Notes under the pieces: generated by a model
The model's database searches: none
What the model saw: the letters and a program-made list of their open reading frames with translations, nothing else
Told to the model about the DNA's origin: nothing
Assembly (NCBI GenBank): GCA_029261065.1
Contig: JAJDCB010000011.1
Location: 111,168-175,167 of the forward strand
DNA: 64,000 bases
Source: Candidatus Omnitrophota bacterium
GTDB lineage: Bacteria > Omnitrophota > Gorgyraeia > Zapsychrales > Zapsychraceae
Direction of reading: 5' to 3'
In this document: piece after piece, positions 53,583 through 63,677 of the stretch
Layout of the letters: each line of letters opens with the position of its first letter
Position numbering within the stretch: the stretch's first letter is position 1
Translations under genes and position numbers: made by a program

Positions 53583-54707
53583 ATGATTAAGAACAACACA
53601 AATAAAAAAGTTTTTGTCGCAATGAGCGGTGGCGTGGACTCATCCGTTGTTGCGGCCCTCATGAAAGAGCAAGGTTACGATGTTGTTGGGGTGACGATGT
53701 GTTTTAGCATCACACACCCCGAAAGCAAGAAACCATCCTGTTGCGGGGTTGATGGGATTCAAGATGCTAAGCGCGCCGCGCAAATTCTAGACATTCCTCA
53801 TTATGTTTTAGATTTCGCGAAAGATATCAATGAGCATATCATTGATAATTTCACCAGCGAATATCTTAACGGTCGCACACCCAATCCGTGTGTGCGTTGT
53901 AATCAACATTTAAAATTTGGAACACTATATAGCCAAGTCATGAGCCTCGGCGCTGATTTTTTAGCGACGGGCCATTATGCTAAAATTCATTTTAATGAAA
54001 CAGATGATAATTTCGAGATGAAAAAAGCGGTAGATGATCGCAAAGATCAATCATATTTTCTTTACAGCATGAATAAAGAGACGCTTAAGAAAGTATTATT
54101 TCCGTTAGGGGGTATGACAAAGAATGAAGTCCGGGAGTTAGCTGAGAAGTATAAATTAAATACAGCCAACAAACCCGAAAGCCAAGATATCTGTTTTGTG
54201 CCGGACTCAGGTTATAAAAAGTTTATTGAAGACCGTGTGGGGAAATCTGTATTTATCCCGGGACCTTTTGTTAATGAAAAGGGAGATGTTGTGGGCGAAC
54301 ATAAAGGCATTGCCAATTATACAATCGGTCAACGTGATAAATTAGGGTTGGCCTTAGGTTTTCCTGTCTATGTTTATAAAATCGATAAAGATTCCAATAC
54401 TGTTTATGTTGGCCCCAAAGAATGCTTATATTCCAAAGGCCTTTATGCGACACAATTTAATCCTGTCAGCATGGACATCCCTAAAGAAACGATCGAAGTC
54501 TATGCACGGATTCGTTACAACTCCCCAGAAGTCCTCGCCTACTTAACCTATTTAGGTGAAGGCCAAATCAAACTAGAATTCGCCCAACCCCAAAAATCTG
54601 TTACTCCAGGACAATCAGCCGTATTTTATCGCGATGATGTGGTTTTATCCGGCGCGATTATTGAGAAGCCAATTGCCTTGGAGGCGACACAAGAGGTGTC
54701 TTTGTAA
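53583..54707 (+). CDS. mnmA: tRNA 2-thiouridylase MnmA
   Basis: AMSGGVDSS, TPNPCVRCN, ATGHY, KDQSYFL, ESQDICF, YTIGQR, TPGQ; ATG 53583 preferred over the repeat-derived GTG at 53526. Confidence 0.97.
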   Translation: MIKNNTNKKVFVAMSGGVDSSVVAALMKEQGYDVVGVTMCFSITHPESKKPSCCGVDGIQDAKRAAQILDIPHYVLDFAKDINEHIIDNFTSEYLNGRTPNPCVRCNQHLKFGTLYSQVMSLGADFLATGHYAKIHFNETDDNFEMKKAVDDRKDQSYFLYSMNKETLKKVLFPLGGMTKNEVRELAEKYKLNTANKPESQDICFVPDSGYKKFIEDRVGKSVFIPGPFVNEKGDVVGEHKGIANYTIGQRDKLGLALGFPVYVYKIDKDSNTVYVGPKECLYSKGLYATQFNPVSMDIPKETIEVYARIRYNSPEVLAYLTYLGEGQIKLEFAQPQKSVTPGQSAVFYRDDVVLSGAIIEKPIALEATQEVSL

Positions 54708-55696
54708 TGTATGCGGTCATTTTATATTACTACTTCGCACGTATTACTGACCCCGATGAATTTTGTCGTGAACATAAACGTAAATGCCAAGAATTAAATC
54801 TATTTGGTCGTATTTATATTGCGAGTGAAGGGATTAATGGAACATTATCTGGGGGTGTTGAGCAGATTGAAGAATATAAGAATTATTTGCGTTCGTTAGA
54901 TGGATTTGCGCAAACAGAATTTAAAGAAGAACGCATCGATCATGTTCCGTTTGTTAAATTAGTTGTTAAGACACGTAAAGAAATTGTGACTCTTAAATCT
55001 AAGGTGTCTATTGATTCAACTGAAGAAAAAGGCAAACACCTTTCTCCCTTAGAATGGCGCGAACATTTAGAAAACGAAGAAGACATTTTGCTTATTGATG
55101 TGCGTAATAATTATGAATCTGAAATTGGACATTTTAAAGGGGCTGTGAAGCCGGACATTAAAAATTTTTATGATTTTGAAGGTTGGGTGGACCGTTCAGA
55201 GTTGGATAAGAATAAAAAAGTTCTTATGTATTGCACCGGTGGGATTCGTTGTGAGAAATTTTCTGTTCTTATGGAAAAAAAAGGATTTAAAGATGTTTAT
55301 CAACTTCAAGGTGGTATCATTAACTATGCGCAACAAGAAGATGGCGCGCATTTTAAAGGAAAATGTTTTGTCTTTGATGATCGTTTAGCGGTTGAAGTTG
55401 AAAAAAATCAAAAAGAGCCATTAGGCAAGTGTGCGATTTCAGGCGTTCCCTGTGATACCTATATCAATTGTCATAACATGGATTGCAATCAATTGTTTAT
55501 CTGCTCCAAAGAGGCAGCGATAGAATTTCAGGGATGTTGCAGCAAAGAATGCATGACCTCCGTCCGTTGTCGTCCTTTTTTACCTGATAATATCTATATG
55601 CCCTCAAGAAAATGGTATCAATATTATGATGAAAATCAGTGGTTAGATATTCGTGAGAAACGCGAACAACAAACAACTTATACGAAGGAAGGATAG
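54707..55696 (+). CDS. trhO: Rhodanese-related tRNA U34 hydroxylase (UPF0176/TrhO)
   Basis: GRIYIASEGINGT, DVRNNYE, YCTGGIRCEK, QLQGGI, CFVFDDR. Confidence 0.9.
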   Translation: MYAVILYYYFARITDPDEFCREHKRKCQELNLFGRIYIASEGINGTLSGGVEQIEEYKNYLRSLDGFAQTEFKEERIDHVPFVKLVVKTRKEIVTLKSKVSIDSTEEKGKHLSPLEWREHLENEEDILLIDVRNNYESEIGHFKGAVKPDIKNFYDFEGWVDRSELDKNKKVLMYCTGGIRCEKFSVLMEKKGFKDVYQLQGGIINYAQQEDGAHFKGKCFVFDDRLAVEVEKNQKEPLGKCAISGVPCDTYINCHNMDCNQLFICSKEAAIEFQGCCSKECMTSVRCRPFLPDNIYMPSRKWYQYYDENQWLDIREKREQQTTYTKEG

Positions 55697-55699
55697 ATC

Positions 55700-56971
55700 A
55701 TGAGCATCATTTTTAATCGGGAACATCTTAAGGGATTTATTGAACAAAAAGATATTAACAAAATTTCTTCTCGTATCGAAAAAGCGCATAATGATTTGGA
55801 GCAGGGGACAGGATCTGGTGGCGAGATAACGGGCTGGAAAGATTTGCCTTCTAGGATAGAGAATAATTTTATTGACGAGTTAGTCAAGTTGGGCGAAGAG
55901 GTTCGTTCGTATTCGGATTGTGTGATTAGTATTGGGATTGGTGGATCTTATTTGGGTATTCGTTCATCAGTCGAATTTTTACGTGAATATAAGATTCCTA
56001 TTCATTATGCTGGAAACAATATGAGCGTAGATTATTTGCATCATTTGTTAGAATCTGTCAAAGATAAGAGTGTGAGTGTGGTTGTTATCTCTAAATCCGG
56101 AGCAACCACGGAACCGGCTATCGCTTTTCGTATTGTTAAGCAGATGTTAAAAGAGAAATATAGTGAAGAGGAGTTAAAGAAAAGAATTATTTGTGTGACG
56201 GATGGCGAAAAAGGTGCTCTTCGGCACATTGCCGATACTAATGGCTATCGATCTTTTGTGATTCCAGATGATGTGGGGGGGCGATTTTCAATTCTTACTC
56301 CTGTTGGATTAGTTCCTTTAGCGATTGCAGGGGTGGATATCAAAAGTTTGGTGGATGGGGCGAGAAAAGGGGAAGAAGAATATTCTAAATTTGATTTAGA
56401 AAATAACATTGCGTATCAATATGCCGCGACACGATACCTTCTTTCAAAGAAGGGAAAGCATATTGAGGTGACCGCATCTTTTTATGACAACTTGTATTAT
56501 GTGCTCGAGTGGTGGAAACAACTTTATGGGGAAAGTGAAGCCAAAGATGGTAAAGGAATTTTTCCAGCGTCTCTCATTATGTCCACGGATCTTCATTCCA
56601 TGGGCCAGCTTATGCAGGAAGGCGCGCGCAATGTTTTTGAGACCTTTATTGATATCGAACGACCTAATCATAGTATCCTTGTGCCAAAAGATGATGAGGA
56701 TCTTGATGAATTTAATATTGTTGCGGGCAAAGATCTTGATTATGTTAACACCCAAGCGTACAAAGCAACCGCATCCGCTCATTTTGAGGGTGGTGTTCCC
56801 AACATGACATTAACACTTTGTCAAGCAGATGCCTTTCACTTAGGTCAGCTCTATTACTTTTATGAACGGGCCGTTGCCATTTCGGGTTATTTATTGGGAG
56901 TCAATCCCTTTAATCAACCAGGAGTCGAGGCCTACAAGAAAAAGATGTTTGCCCTTCTTGGAAAAAAATAA
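55700..56971 (+). CDS. pgi: Glucose-6-phosphate isomerase
   Basis: IGIGGSYLG, ISKSGATTE, VGGRFS, QLYGESE, NPFNQPGVEAYK. Confidence 0.96.
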   Translation: MSIIFNREHLKGFIEQKDINKISSRIEKAHNDLEQGTGSGGEITGWKDLPSRIENNFIDELVKLGEEVRSYSDCVISIGIGGSYLGIRSSVEFLREYKIPIHYAGNNMSVDYLHHLLESVKDKSVSVVVISKSGATTEPAIAFRIVKQMLKEKYSEEELKKRIICVTDGEKGALRHIADTNGYRSFVIPDDVGGRFSILTPVGLVPLAIAGVDIKSLVDGARKGEEEYSKFDLENNIAYQYAATRYLLSKKGKHIEVTASFYDNLYYVLEWWKQLYGESEAKDGKGIFPASLIMSTDLHSMGQLMQEGARNVFETFIDIERPNHSILVPKDDEDLDEFNIVAGKDLDYVNTQAYKATASAHFEGGVPNMTLTLCQADAFHLGQLYYFYERAVAISGYLLGVNPFNQPGVEAYKKKMFALLGKK

Positions 56972-56979
56972 ATCTTTGC

Positions 56980-57750
56980 ATGAAGACATGTTTTCTTATC
57001 CTTATAGCGCTTTTTTTGTGTCATCCTACCCAGGCGGAGATTATTTCTCTTAAATCAGGAGAAGTCATCCATGGTGCCATTTCTAAAGAACATGATGATT
57101 ATATTCAAGTTGAGAATCGATGGGGTATTCCTTTAACCTATTATAGAGAAAGTATCGAATCCATAGAGCCAGATCCTGTAATTGTTCCAGAAATTGTTCC
57201 TGATGTGGTTGAAGAACAAGATCTAAAAGACTTTGTTGTTGAAGAGCGTCGTGGGGTTTATCTTAAAAAGGATAAAGAAGAAGGTTTATTGGGTGATTTT
57301 AATCATGTTCATGGAGAAGTTCATGCCGATGAACTAGTAAATACATCAAATCCACAAGATACGAATGCTTGGGCAATTGAGGTGTTACGCATGTTATCTA
57401 TGGCAGCGGAATTTTATGCTCAAGATCAAGGTGGTATATATCCCGATGATATTGCTTTATTAACAGATTCTGAAAAAGTTTATATCGCTAGAAATTATTG
57501 CGATACAACAGAGAATGGTTATGAATTTTCCTGTAAATTAGGGGATAAATCTTATCTTTTTACGGCTGCACCTGTCGATAAAAATAGAACCAATGCCACC
57601 ACGTTTATGGTGACAACAAAAGGATCTTTGAGTGTTCAACGCCATGGCGTTAAAGATCTTCATGATCCTTCCAAAGAAGTTAATATTATTTCAAAGAAGC
57701 CCACCTTAAACTTTTATCACATGTTAAGACAGATTGAATCGCCTTATTGA
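56980..57750 (+). CDS. Hypothetical exported protein
   Basis: Signal peptide ending TQA; IISLKSGEVIHG domain; pilin-like C-terminal text (GYEF...FTAAP). Confidence 0.7.
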   Translation: MKTCFLILIALFLCHPTQAEIISLKSGEVIHGAISKEHDDYIQVENRWGIPLTYYRESIESIEPDPVIVPEIVPDVVEEQDLKDFVVEERRGVYLKKDKEEGLLGDFNHVHGEVHADELVNTSNPQDTNAWAIEVLRMLSMAAEFYAQDQGGIYPDDIALLTDSEKVYIARNYCDTTENGYEFSCKLGDKSYLFTAAPVDKNRTNATTFMVTTKGSLSVQRHGVKDLHDPSKEVNIISKKPTLNFYHMLRQIESPY

Positions 57751-57921
57751 ATCTTGTCGTAATTTTGCCATTTCGACTCTTCGGCCGGAATGACAGGTCG
57801 CACCGTTTGACAGATACATTCGCAATCCCTTTAGAGCTGGAATATAACACATTGACAATTATATTTTTATGTGTTAAAAATAAATTATTGTTAATGAGGT
57901 AATTATCCTACCAATTTTATT

Positions 57922-58410
57922 ATGAATAATAAAAACGTTAAAACCTCCCTTTTTGGGCTTACATTTATTGGCATGGCATTGATATGTCTTGTAAGCGCCT
58001 ATCTTATTTTTGATAAAAATCATCAATTATCCCTTATCGAAGGCAATTTATCCAAAGGTGACGTCAATCATACCAATAAAATTGACCGTAAAATTCTAAA
58101 AGATGTGATTGAAGAGGAGTCGGTGAGTTTAACCTCTTTAGTTAAAGAAGCGGAAGCTTATCATCCTGGTATCGATTTTGAAAAAAGTGACGGTTTTATG
58201 TGGATCGATCGTAAATCTTCGAAATATGTTGTCACTTTAGGCGCTGTGAATGGCATTTATCCTGGAAGCGTTCTTTCTGTATATAGTGGAGAAGATAAGA
58301 TAGGAGAGGTTCAAGTGGATACCTCTTTTGATGTTATTTCTTACGTTGTCCCTCAAACAAACTCCCTACCCTTGCTTGATCAAGACTATTATCGCGTTGA
58401 GATTGAGTAA
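57922..58410 (+). CDS. Hypothetical membrane-anchored protein
   Basis: N-terminal TM helix; VVTLGAVNGIYPGSVLSVY (FlgT-C-like beta domain, tentative). Confidence 0.7.
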   Translation: MNNKNVKTSLFGLTFIGMALICLVSAYLIFDKNHQLSLIEGNLSKGDVNHTNKIDRKILKDVIEEESVSLTSLVKEAEAYHPGIDFEKSDGFMWIDRKSSKYVVTLGAVNGIYPGSVLSVYSGEDKIGEVQVDTSFDVISYVVPQTNSLPLLDQDYYRVEIE

Positions 58411-58521
58411 AATTTATTTAAATACCTTAAAGCACCTTTTTTCATGATTGTTTTTCTTTTCTCTTGTGGGCAGAAGGACTTTTTCATACAATACTCGTTA
58501 GAAAGAGGAGAGATTTTTTAG

Positions 58522-59559
58522 ATGAAAGAGAAAAAATTAGCCTTAGAAGTTTATGGTCTTCTGCGGATGAGTGTTGGTGTTGCTCAGTTTGTTGGGTTAC
58601 TGTTTGCTTTTTATATGTTGGATTTTATTATTAAGTATCCAAGTGGTGCATTATTGTTTGTTTTGGATGAAGATTTTGTAGCGTTAATGTCTTTGGCTGT
58701 ATTATTTCGTAGTATTTTTCATATTGTATCTGGTATTGGCATAGCAAGTATGCAGAAGTGGGTCAGACCATGGTTATTTTTTGGTTGGCTATTCATTCTC
58801 ATCATTCATTTTGGTTTAGCGTTTTCATTATTTGAAAGTTGGAAAGAACAAGGTTATGTCAGCCATTTTCTTGAGGTGTTTTCGTTAGTCAAATTGTTTG
58901 CTTTTTTAGGGTTAATTGTTTTTGATGTTACTTTTGTACAAAGTGTCATTGGTCAGTATCATCAAACATCGGATTTGACTGATGAGATGAAGCCTCTGGG
59001 GGGCAGAAGAATCGGCTTTTCCTTTGCGGTCGTGGTGATTTGTTTTGTTGTTCTTTTATTCTTTGGTCGGCAATTAAATGGTGGTTTTCATAAAGGGTTT
59101 TATAAAAGTTCAGATACAAAGGTTTTAAAACCTAAAAGGATGAGTGAATCAAGTCAGAAAGTAAGTACAAAATTATCAATAGAAGGTTTAAATCGTTCTG
59201 AAATAGAGAGGCGTCAAGAAAGCCCCACGGCGATGGAGGTGGTTCAACAGCAGAAAAAGACCGTAAAAACGAAGGGGCTAGAACCAAGAAAAAGTAATTT
59301 GCCAACGGAGCTTGCTTATCTTAAGATGATCGGGTGGTTGGGCGGCATATGTTTGATATTTGGCTTTTTATTTCAAATATTTGAAATAAATAATGATGAA
59401 ATGCAGGGTAGAGGGGTTAGATCCGCTGGTTTCTTTATTGTGGCTTTTTGTTTTTGGATTATATATGGATTGGGTTTAAAATCATCCATTCTGGTCGCAA
59501 GCTGTGTTGGTTGTTTGTTGTTAAGCAGCATAATCTTAATACTAAATCTTAAAAAATAA
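58522..59559 (+). CDS. Membrane protein with C-terminal PQ-loop/SemiSWEET-like three-TM unit
   Basis: N-terminal TM bundle, charged linker, IGWLGG...FQI...FWIIYG. Confidence 0.65.
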   Translation: MKEKKLALEVYGLLRMSVGVAQFVGLLFAFYMLDFIIKYPSGALLFVLDEDFVALMSLAVLFRSIFHIVSGIGIASMQKWVRPWLFFGWLFILIIHFGLAFSLFESWKEQGYVSHFLEVFSLVKLFAFLGLIVFDVTFVQSVIGQYHQTSDLTDEMKPLGGRRIGFSFAVVVICFVVLLFFGRQLNGGFHKGFYKSSDTKVLKPKRMSESSQKVSTKLSIEGLNRSEIERRQESPTAMEVVQQQKKTVKTKGLEPRKSNLPTELAYLKMIGWLGGICLIFGFLFQIFEINNDEMQGRGVRSAGFFIVAFCFWIIYGLGLKSSILVASCVGCLLLSSIILILNLKK

Positions 59560-59566
59560 AGGCATT

Positions 59567-60166
59567 ATGTGTAAAGAGTTTATTGTAATTACGTTGTCTC
59601 TTGCGGGACTTCTTTTTTCAGCTGGCAATGGTTTATGCCAGGCATATGAGCAGGAGGATTTCAACGTAGAAAATCAAGAAGCATTTGATGAAGAAGCGTT
59701 TAATGAAGAGTATTTAACAGAAGAGAACCTTTTTGAATATCCTAAATATTATGGAACGAACGCAAATAGACCTGTGATGAATTTTTTTGAGATTTCCTCA
59801 TTAAATATTCAAAAACCAAGTTTGGGAGCATTTCATACCAAGGGTTATGTCGTTGATATCTATCAATGCCCAGTATGTGAAAAGGAAGAAGAATGTTCGC
59901 CATGTGTGTCGAATTATATTATATTATCAGAGAAGAAGAAGCTTTTGGATAAGTCGTTATTAGACAGTAGCGAAATTTTGATATTTGTGGATGATACGAG
60001 TATTTTTAAGATCGGGAAAGAATATACCGTTTTATTTCAGATTTTAGATGTCAAAACAATTGATCAAACGTTAAACAATCTCAAGCTTATTTATGCAACG
60101 GCTATTAAGGAAGAACCGATAGTGCCGTCAGATGACGATGTGGATATAAAGGAGTTTAAATATTAA
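59567..60166 (+). CDS. Hypothetical exported protein with Cys cluster
   Basis: Signal peptide; CPVC...CSPC. Confidence 0.7.
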   Translation: MCKEFIVITLSLAGLLFSAGNGLCQAYEQEDFNVENQEAFDEEAFNEEYLTEENLFEYPKYYGTNANRPVMNFFEISSLNIQKPSLGAFHTKGYVVDIYQCPVCEKEEECSPCVSNYIILSEKKKLLDKSLLDSSEILIFVDDTSIFKIGKEYTVLFQILDVKTIDQTLNNLKLIYATAIKEEPIVPSDDDVDIKEFKY

Positions 60167-60640
60167 ATGTTAGGTCTTCTTGGAAAGCTTCGCGAGAAAA
60201 TAATAGGTGTAAATGTTCAAAAAGAATTAACGCAAGAAAGAAGTTCTTGTGTTGATAATTATATCGCTTTAGGTGTTTTGTTGTGGGCTGTGGCGGAGGC
60301 TGACGGTAAGTTTTTAGCACAAGAGAAAGAGCAAATTACAGAAGTGCTTAAGAAGTATGATGATGTTTCAGATGAAGATATGTCGATTGTTTTAAGAACA
60401 ATCGAGGAGGCGGCTACAAGTCGCATTGACTTATTTTCGTTTACCAAAGAGGTCAATGAATCTATGGATCGGGACTGTAAGGTTGATATTGTGATGCATT
60501 TGTTTCGAGTGGCGTTTGTCGATCGTGACTTGGATGAAACGGAGCATGAAACCATTCGTCAAATATCGACATTGCTAAAGCTGGATCATCAAGATTTTAT
60601 TGAATCGAAGTTGAAGGTTAAAGAAGAAATGGGATTATAG
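60167..60640 (+). CDS. TerB family protein
   Basis: AVAEADG...E, DLFSFT, VAFVDRDLDETE. Confidence 0.85.
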   Translation: MLGLLGKLREKIIGVNVQKELTQERSSCVDNYIALGVLLWAVAEADGKFLAQEKEQITEVLKKYDDVSDEDMSIVLRTIEEAATSRIDLFSFTKEVNESMDRDCKVDIVMHLFRVAFVDRDLDETEHETIRQISTLLKLDHQDFIESKLKVKEEMGL

Positions 60641-60653
60641 AGGGAGGTGGATT

Positions 60654-60845
60654 ATGGGTCGATTAGGTGTTCCGGAAATGATTATTATTGCGTTGGTCGT
60701 TATTCTTTTATTTGGCGCTAAGAAGTTGCCAGAAATTGCCAATGCTATGGGAAAGGCGATAAAAGAGTTTCGTAAAGCAGGCCGAGAAGATTTGGACGGT
60801 GATAAGAAAATTAGTCAAGAGACGAAAGATGAATCAAAATCCTAA
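60654..60845 (+). CDS. tatA: Tat translocase subunit TatA
   Basis: GVPEMIIIALVVILLFGAKKLPEIANAMGKAIKEFRK; RBS GGAGG. Confidence 0.95.
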   Translation: MGRLGVPEMIIIALVVILLFGAKKLPEIANAMGKAIKEFRKAGREDLDGDKKISQETKDESKS

Positions 60846-61536
60846 TGCGCTTTCTTTTCTTGATCATTTAGATGAGTTTCGATCAAGAGCGATTAAAATT
60901 GCTTTAGTTGCGATGTTGTGCTGCTTTTGCGTCTATCCATTTATAGACCGTGTTCTCGCCTTTATCATAAAACCGGTAGGAAAGATCGTCTTTACTTCTC
61001 CCGCTGAAGGGTTTATCGCCCATATGACTCTTACCATTTTGTGTGGAATATTAATTTCGATACCCTTTTTGTTTTTCCAAATCTGGCAATTTGTTGCTGT
61101 CGGTTTAAAAGAGAACGAAATGAAGTATATTATGTTACTTGCCCCCATTTCTTCTTTACTTTTTTTCTTGGGAGGTGCATTTGCATATTTTATTGCTTTA
61201 CCAATCTCGATTAAATTTCTTCTAGGGTTTTCAACGCCTTCCATGCTTCCTATGATAACAATCAAAAGTTATCTTTCTTTTATTGGTACTCTCGTTCTAG
61301 GTTTAGGTATTGTTTTTGAATTACCGTTAGTTCTTTTTTTTCTTACCAAGATTGGCATTGCTACACCAGCATTTTTGCAGCAAAAAAGAAGGTATGCGGT
61401 TGTATTGATTCTTGTTCTGTGCGCTATCATTACACCTCCGGATGTCATTACGCAATTGATTATGGCTGCTCCTTTGATTATATTATATGAGATTGGAATT
61501 TTGGTGTCGCGCTGGACTTATTCAAAGAATACTTAA
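60829..61536 (+). CDS. tatC: Tat translocase subunit TatC
   Basis: HLDEFRSR, SPAEGF, QIWQFV..GL..NE, FELP, ITPPD, LYE; ATG at 60829. Confidence 0.95.
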   Translation: MNQNPNALSFLDHLDEFRSRAIKIALVAMLCCFCVYPFIDRVLAFIIKPVGKIVFTSPAEGFIAHMTLTILCGILISIPFLFFQIWQFVAVGLKENEMKYIMLLAPISSLLFFLGGAFAYFIALPISIKFLLGFSTPSMLPMITIKSYLSFIGTLVLGLGIVFELPLVLFFLTKIGIATPAFLQQKRRYAVVLILVLCAIITPPDVITQLIMAAPLIILYEIGILVSRWTYSKNT

Positions 61537-61556
61537 AAATACATAAAATAGGTGTT

Positions 61557-63677
61557 ATGCAACAAAAGCGTTTTTCCACATTTGATGGCGTCTTTACACC
61601 CTGCCTTTTAAGTATTTTGGGTGTTATTATGTATTTAAGGCTCGGTTGGGTTGTTGGCCAAGTGGGGTTTGCAGGAACTTTGGGTATTATTTTTCTTGCC
61701 AATCTTATAACATTGGCTACAGCTCTTTCGATGTCGAGTATTGTTACGAACATTCGTATTGGGGCGGGCGGGGCTTACTCTATTATAGCGAAGTCTTTAG
61801 GGTTAGAAGCCGCTGGAGCAATCGGTGTTCCACTTTATATTTCTCAAGCCATCTCTGTAGCCTTTTATATCACGGGTTTTAGTGAGTGTTGGAGTTATGT
61901 TTTTCCTCATCATGTTCCTCTTTTTGTTTCCCTTCTTGTATGGTTTATTCTTTTTATTATAAGTTATCTAAGCGCTGAGTTTGGATTTAGGCTTCAACAT
62001 GTCGTTATGGGAATTATTGGTTTATCTATTGTTTCTATCATTTTTGGTAAAAATGTTGATGGAGGAGAAAGTCTTGGAGTTACTTTTTTCTCAACAGTTA
62101 ACTTTTGGCATGTGTTTGCTATTTTCTTTCCCGCTGTGACAGGCGTTTTAGCAGGAGCTTCTATGTCTGGAGAGCTCATTGAGCCAAAAAAGAATATACC
62201 ACAGGGGACATTGTGGGCTATAGTGGTGTCATTCTTAATTTATGTCATTTTGACATATTGTTTTGCTACCCAGGCTTCAGCTGAAGCCTTAAGTTCAAAT
62301 GTTTTTCTTGCTATTGATATGGGCCGGTGGAAAGGTATTGTTATTGCAGGCATTATGGGCGCGACATTATCTTCAGGATTAGCCATGTTTATTGGGGCCC
62401 CACGTGTTTTATTTGCTTTGGGAAAACATTCTTTAGTGCCATTTTCTTCATCATTTTATCAATCGAATAAAAAGGGTGAACCAACGAATGCTATTTTACT
62501 AACAGCGCTAATTTCTTTAGCTACCGTGTTGTTAGGAAATCTAAATCAAATTGCTGGATTGCTCACAATGTTTTTTCTAATTACATACGGCATGATTAAC
62601 GTTAGCGTTTTTATAGAACAGACTATTGGGATAGTAAGTTTTCGACCAAGTTTTCGGGTGTCTAAGTTTGTTCCTTTTTTAGGAGGCTTGGGTTGTCTCG
62701 TTGTCATGTTTTTGATTGATGCAAGATTTAGTATCATTGCTATTGTTGCGATTATCGTTATTTATATGATTTTAATTAAAAGAGAAGCTAACATTTATTC
62801 TCCGGATGTAAGAAGTGGTATGCTTGTATTTTTGGCAGAACGATTTGCAAATGCTGCGCATAGACTGCCCTATTATCCAAAGATTTGGAAACCCAACTTA
62901 ATTATTCCATTTGATAATGTCGCCAGCTTAACGTATTTAGCAACATTCATCCAGCACATCGTTGCTCCTGCCGGTCGAACAAGTTTTGTACATCTCGTTG
63001 ATTTGGAGAAGAAAAAGTTGGAGAAGAAAGTTGCTCGTGATGAGCTTAAACTGTCTGTTGAGAGTTTAACCTCAAGTGGGATATTCGTTGAGACGATTGT
63101 TGTGGATTCTGAACACAAAAAAACGGAATTGAAGACTGTTATTCAAACGATGCGAGGGATGGTCTTTACGCCCAACACGTTATTTTATATGCTTAATGAA
63201 ACAAAACAAAGAGATCCGGATGCTAAGGACATAATAAAATTAGCTTCGGAAGAGGGGATGGGAATCATTGTCTTAAATTATGATCGAATAGGATTTGGAG
63301 GTGAAAAGCGTATTAATCTTTGGATTAGGCAAAATAGTCCGAATGTGAATCTTGCAATTTTAATTGCATTACAATTACAACGTAATTGGGATGGACATGT
63401 GCGTATTTTACAGGTTGTTGAAGATAGCAGTGAAAGGGATTCTTCTATAAAACATTTGGAGAAATTAAAAGACATAAGCCGTATGCCTAGTCATGTGACG
63501 ATTGATGTTCTTGTTGGTACATTTATGGATAAGCTTAAAAATGCACCACAAGCGGATATTAATATTTTTGGTATGGCGCAAGAAACTAACATTGAACCAA
63601 TTTATGAAGTAACAAATCAAATCAAAACATCTGTTTTATATATAAAGGATTCGAGTCATGAAAGTGCTGTGGCGTAG
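61557..63677 (+). CDS. APC-superfamily permease, cation-chloride cotransporter (SLC12)-like
   Basis: FDGVFTPCLLSILGVIMYLRLGWVVG, GGAYSII, FAIFFPAVTG, MSGEL, FRPSF, WKPN and a soluble C-terminal domain. Confidence 0.88.
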   Translation: MQQKRFSTFDGVFTPCLLSILGVIMYLRLGWVVGQVGFAGTLGIIFLANLITLATALSMSSIVTNIRIGAGGAYSIIAKSLGLEAAGAIGVPLYISQAISVAFYITGFSECWSYVFPHHVPLFVSLLVWFILFIISYLSAEFGFRLQHVVMGIIGLSIVSIIFGKNVDGGESLGVTFFSTVNFWHVFAIFFPAVTGVLAGASMSGELIEPKKNIPQGTLWAIVVSFLIYVILTYCFATQASAEALSSNVFLAIDMGRWKGIVIAGIMGATLSSGLAMFIGAPRVLFALGKHSLVPFSSSFYQSNKKGEPTNAILLTALISLATVLLGNLNQIAGLLTMFFLITYGMINVSVFIEQTIGIVSFRPSFRVSKFVPFLGGLGCLVVMFLIDARFSIIAIVAIIVIYMILIKREANIYSPDVRSGMLVFLAERFANAAHRLPYYPKIWKPNLIIPFDNVASLTYLATFIQHIVAPAGRTSFVHLVDLEKKKLEKKVARDELKLSVESLTSSGIFVETIVVDSEHKKTELKTVIQTMRGMVFTPNTLFYMLNETKQRDPDAKDIIKLASEEGMGIIVLNYDRIGFGGEKRINLWIRQNSPNVNLAILIALQLQRNWDGHVRILQVVEDSSERDSSIKHLEKLKDISRMPSHVTIDVLVGTFMDKLKNAPQADINIFGMAQETNIEPIYEVTNQIKTSVLYIKDSSHESAVA

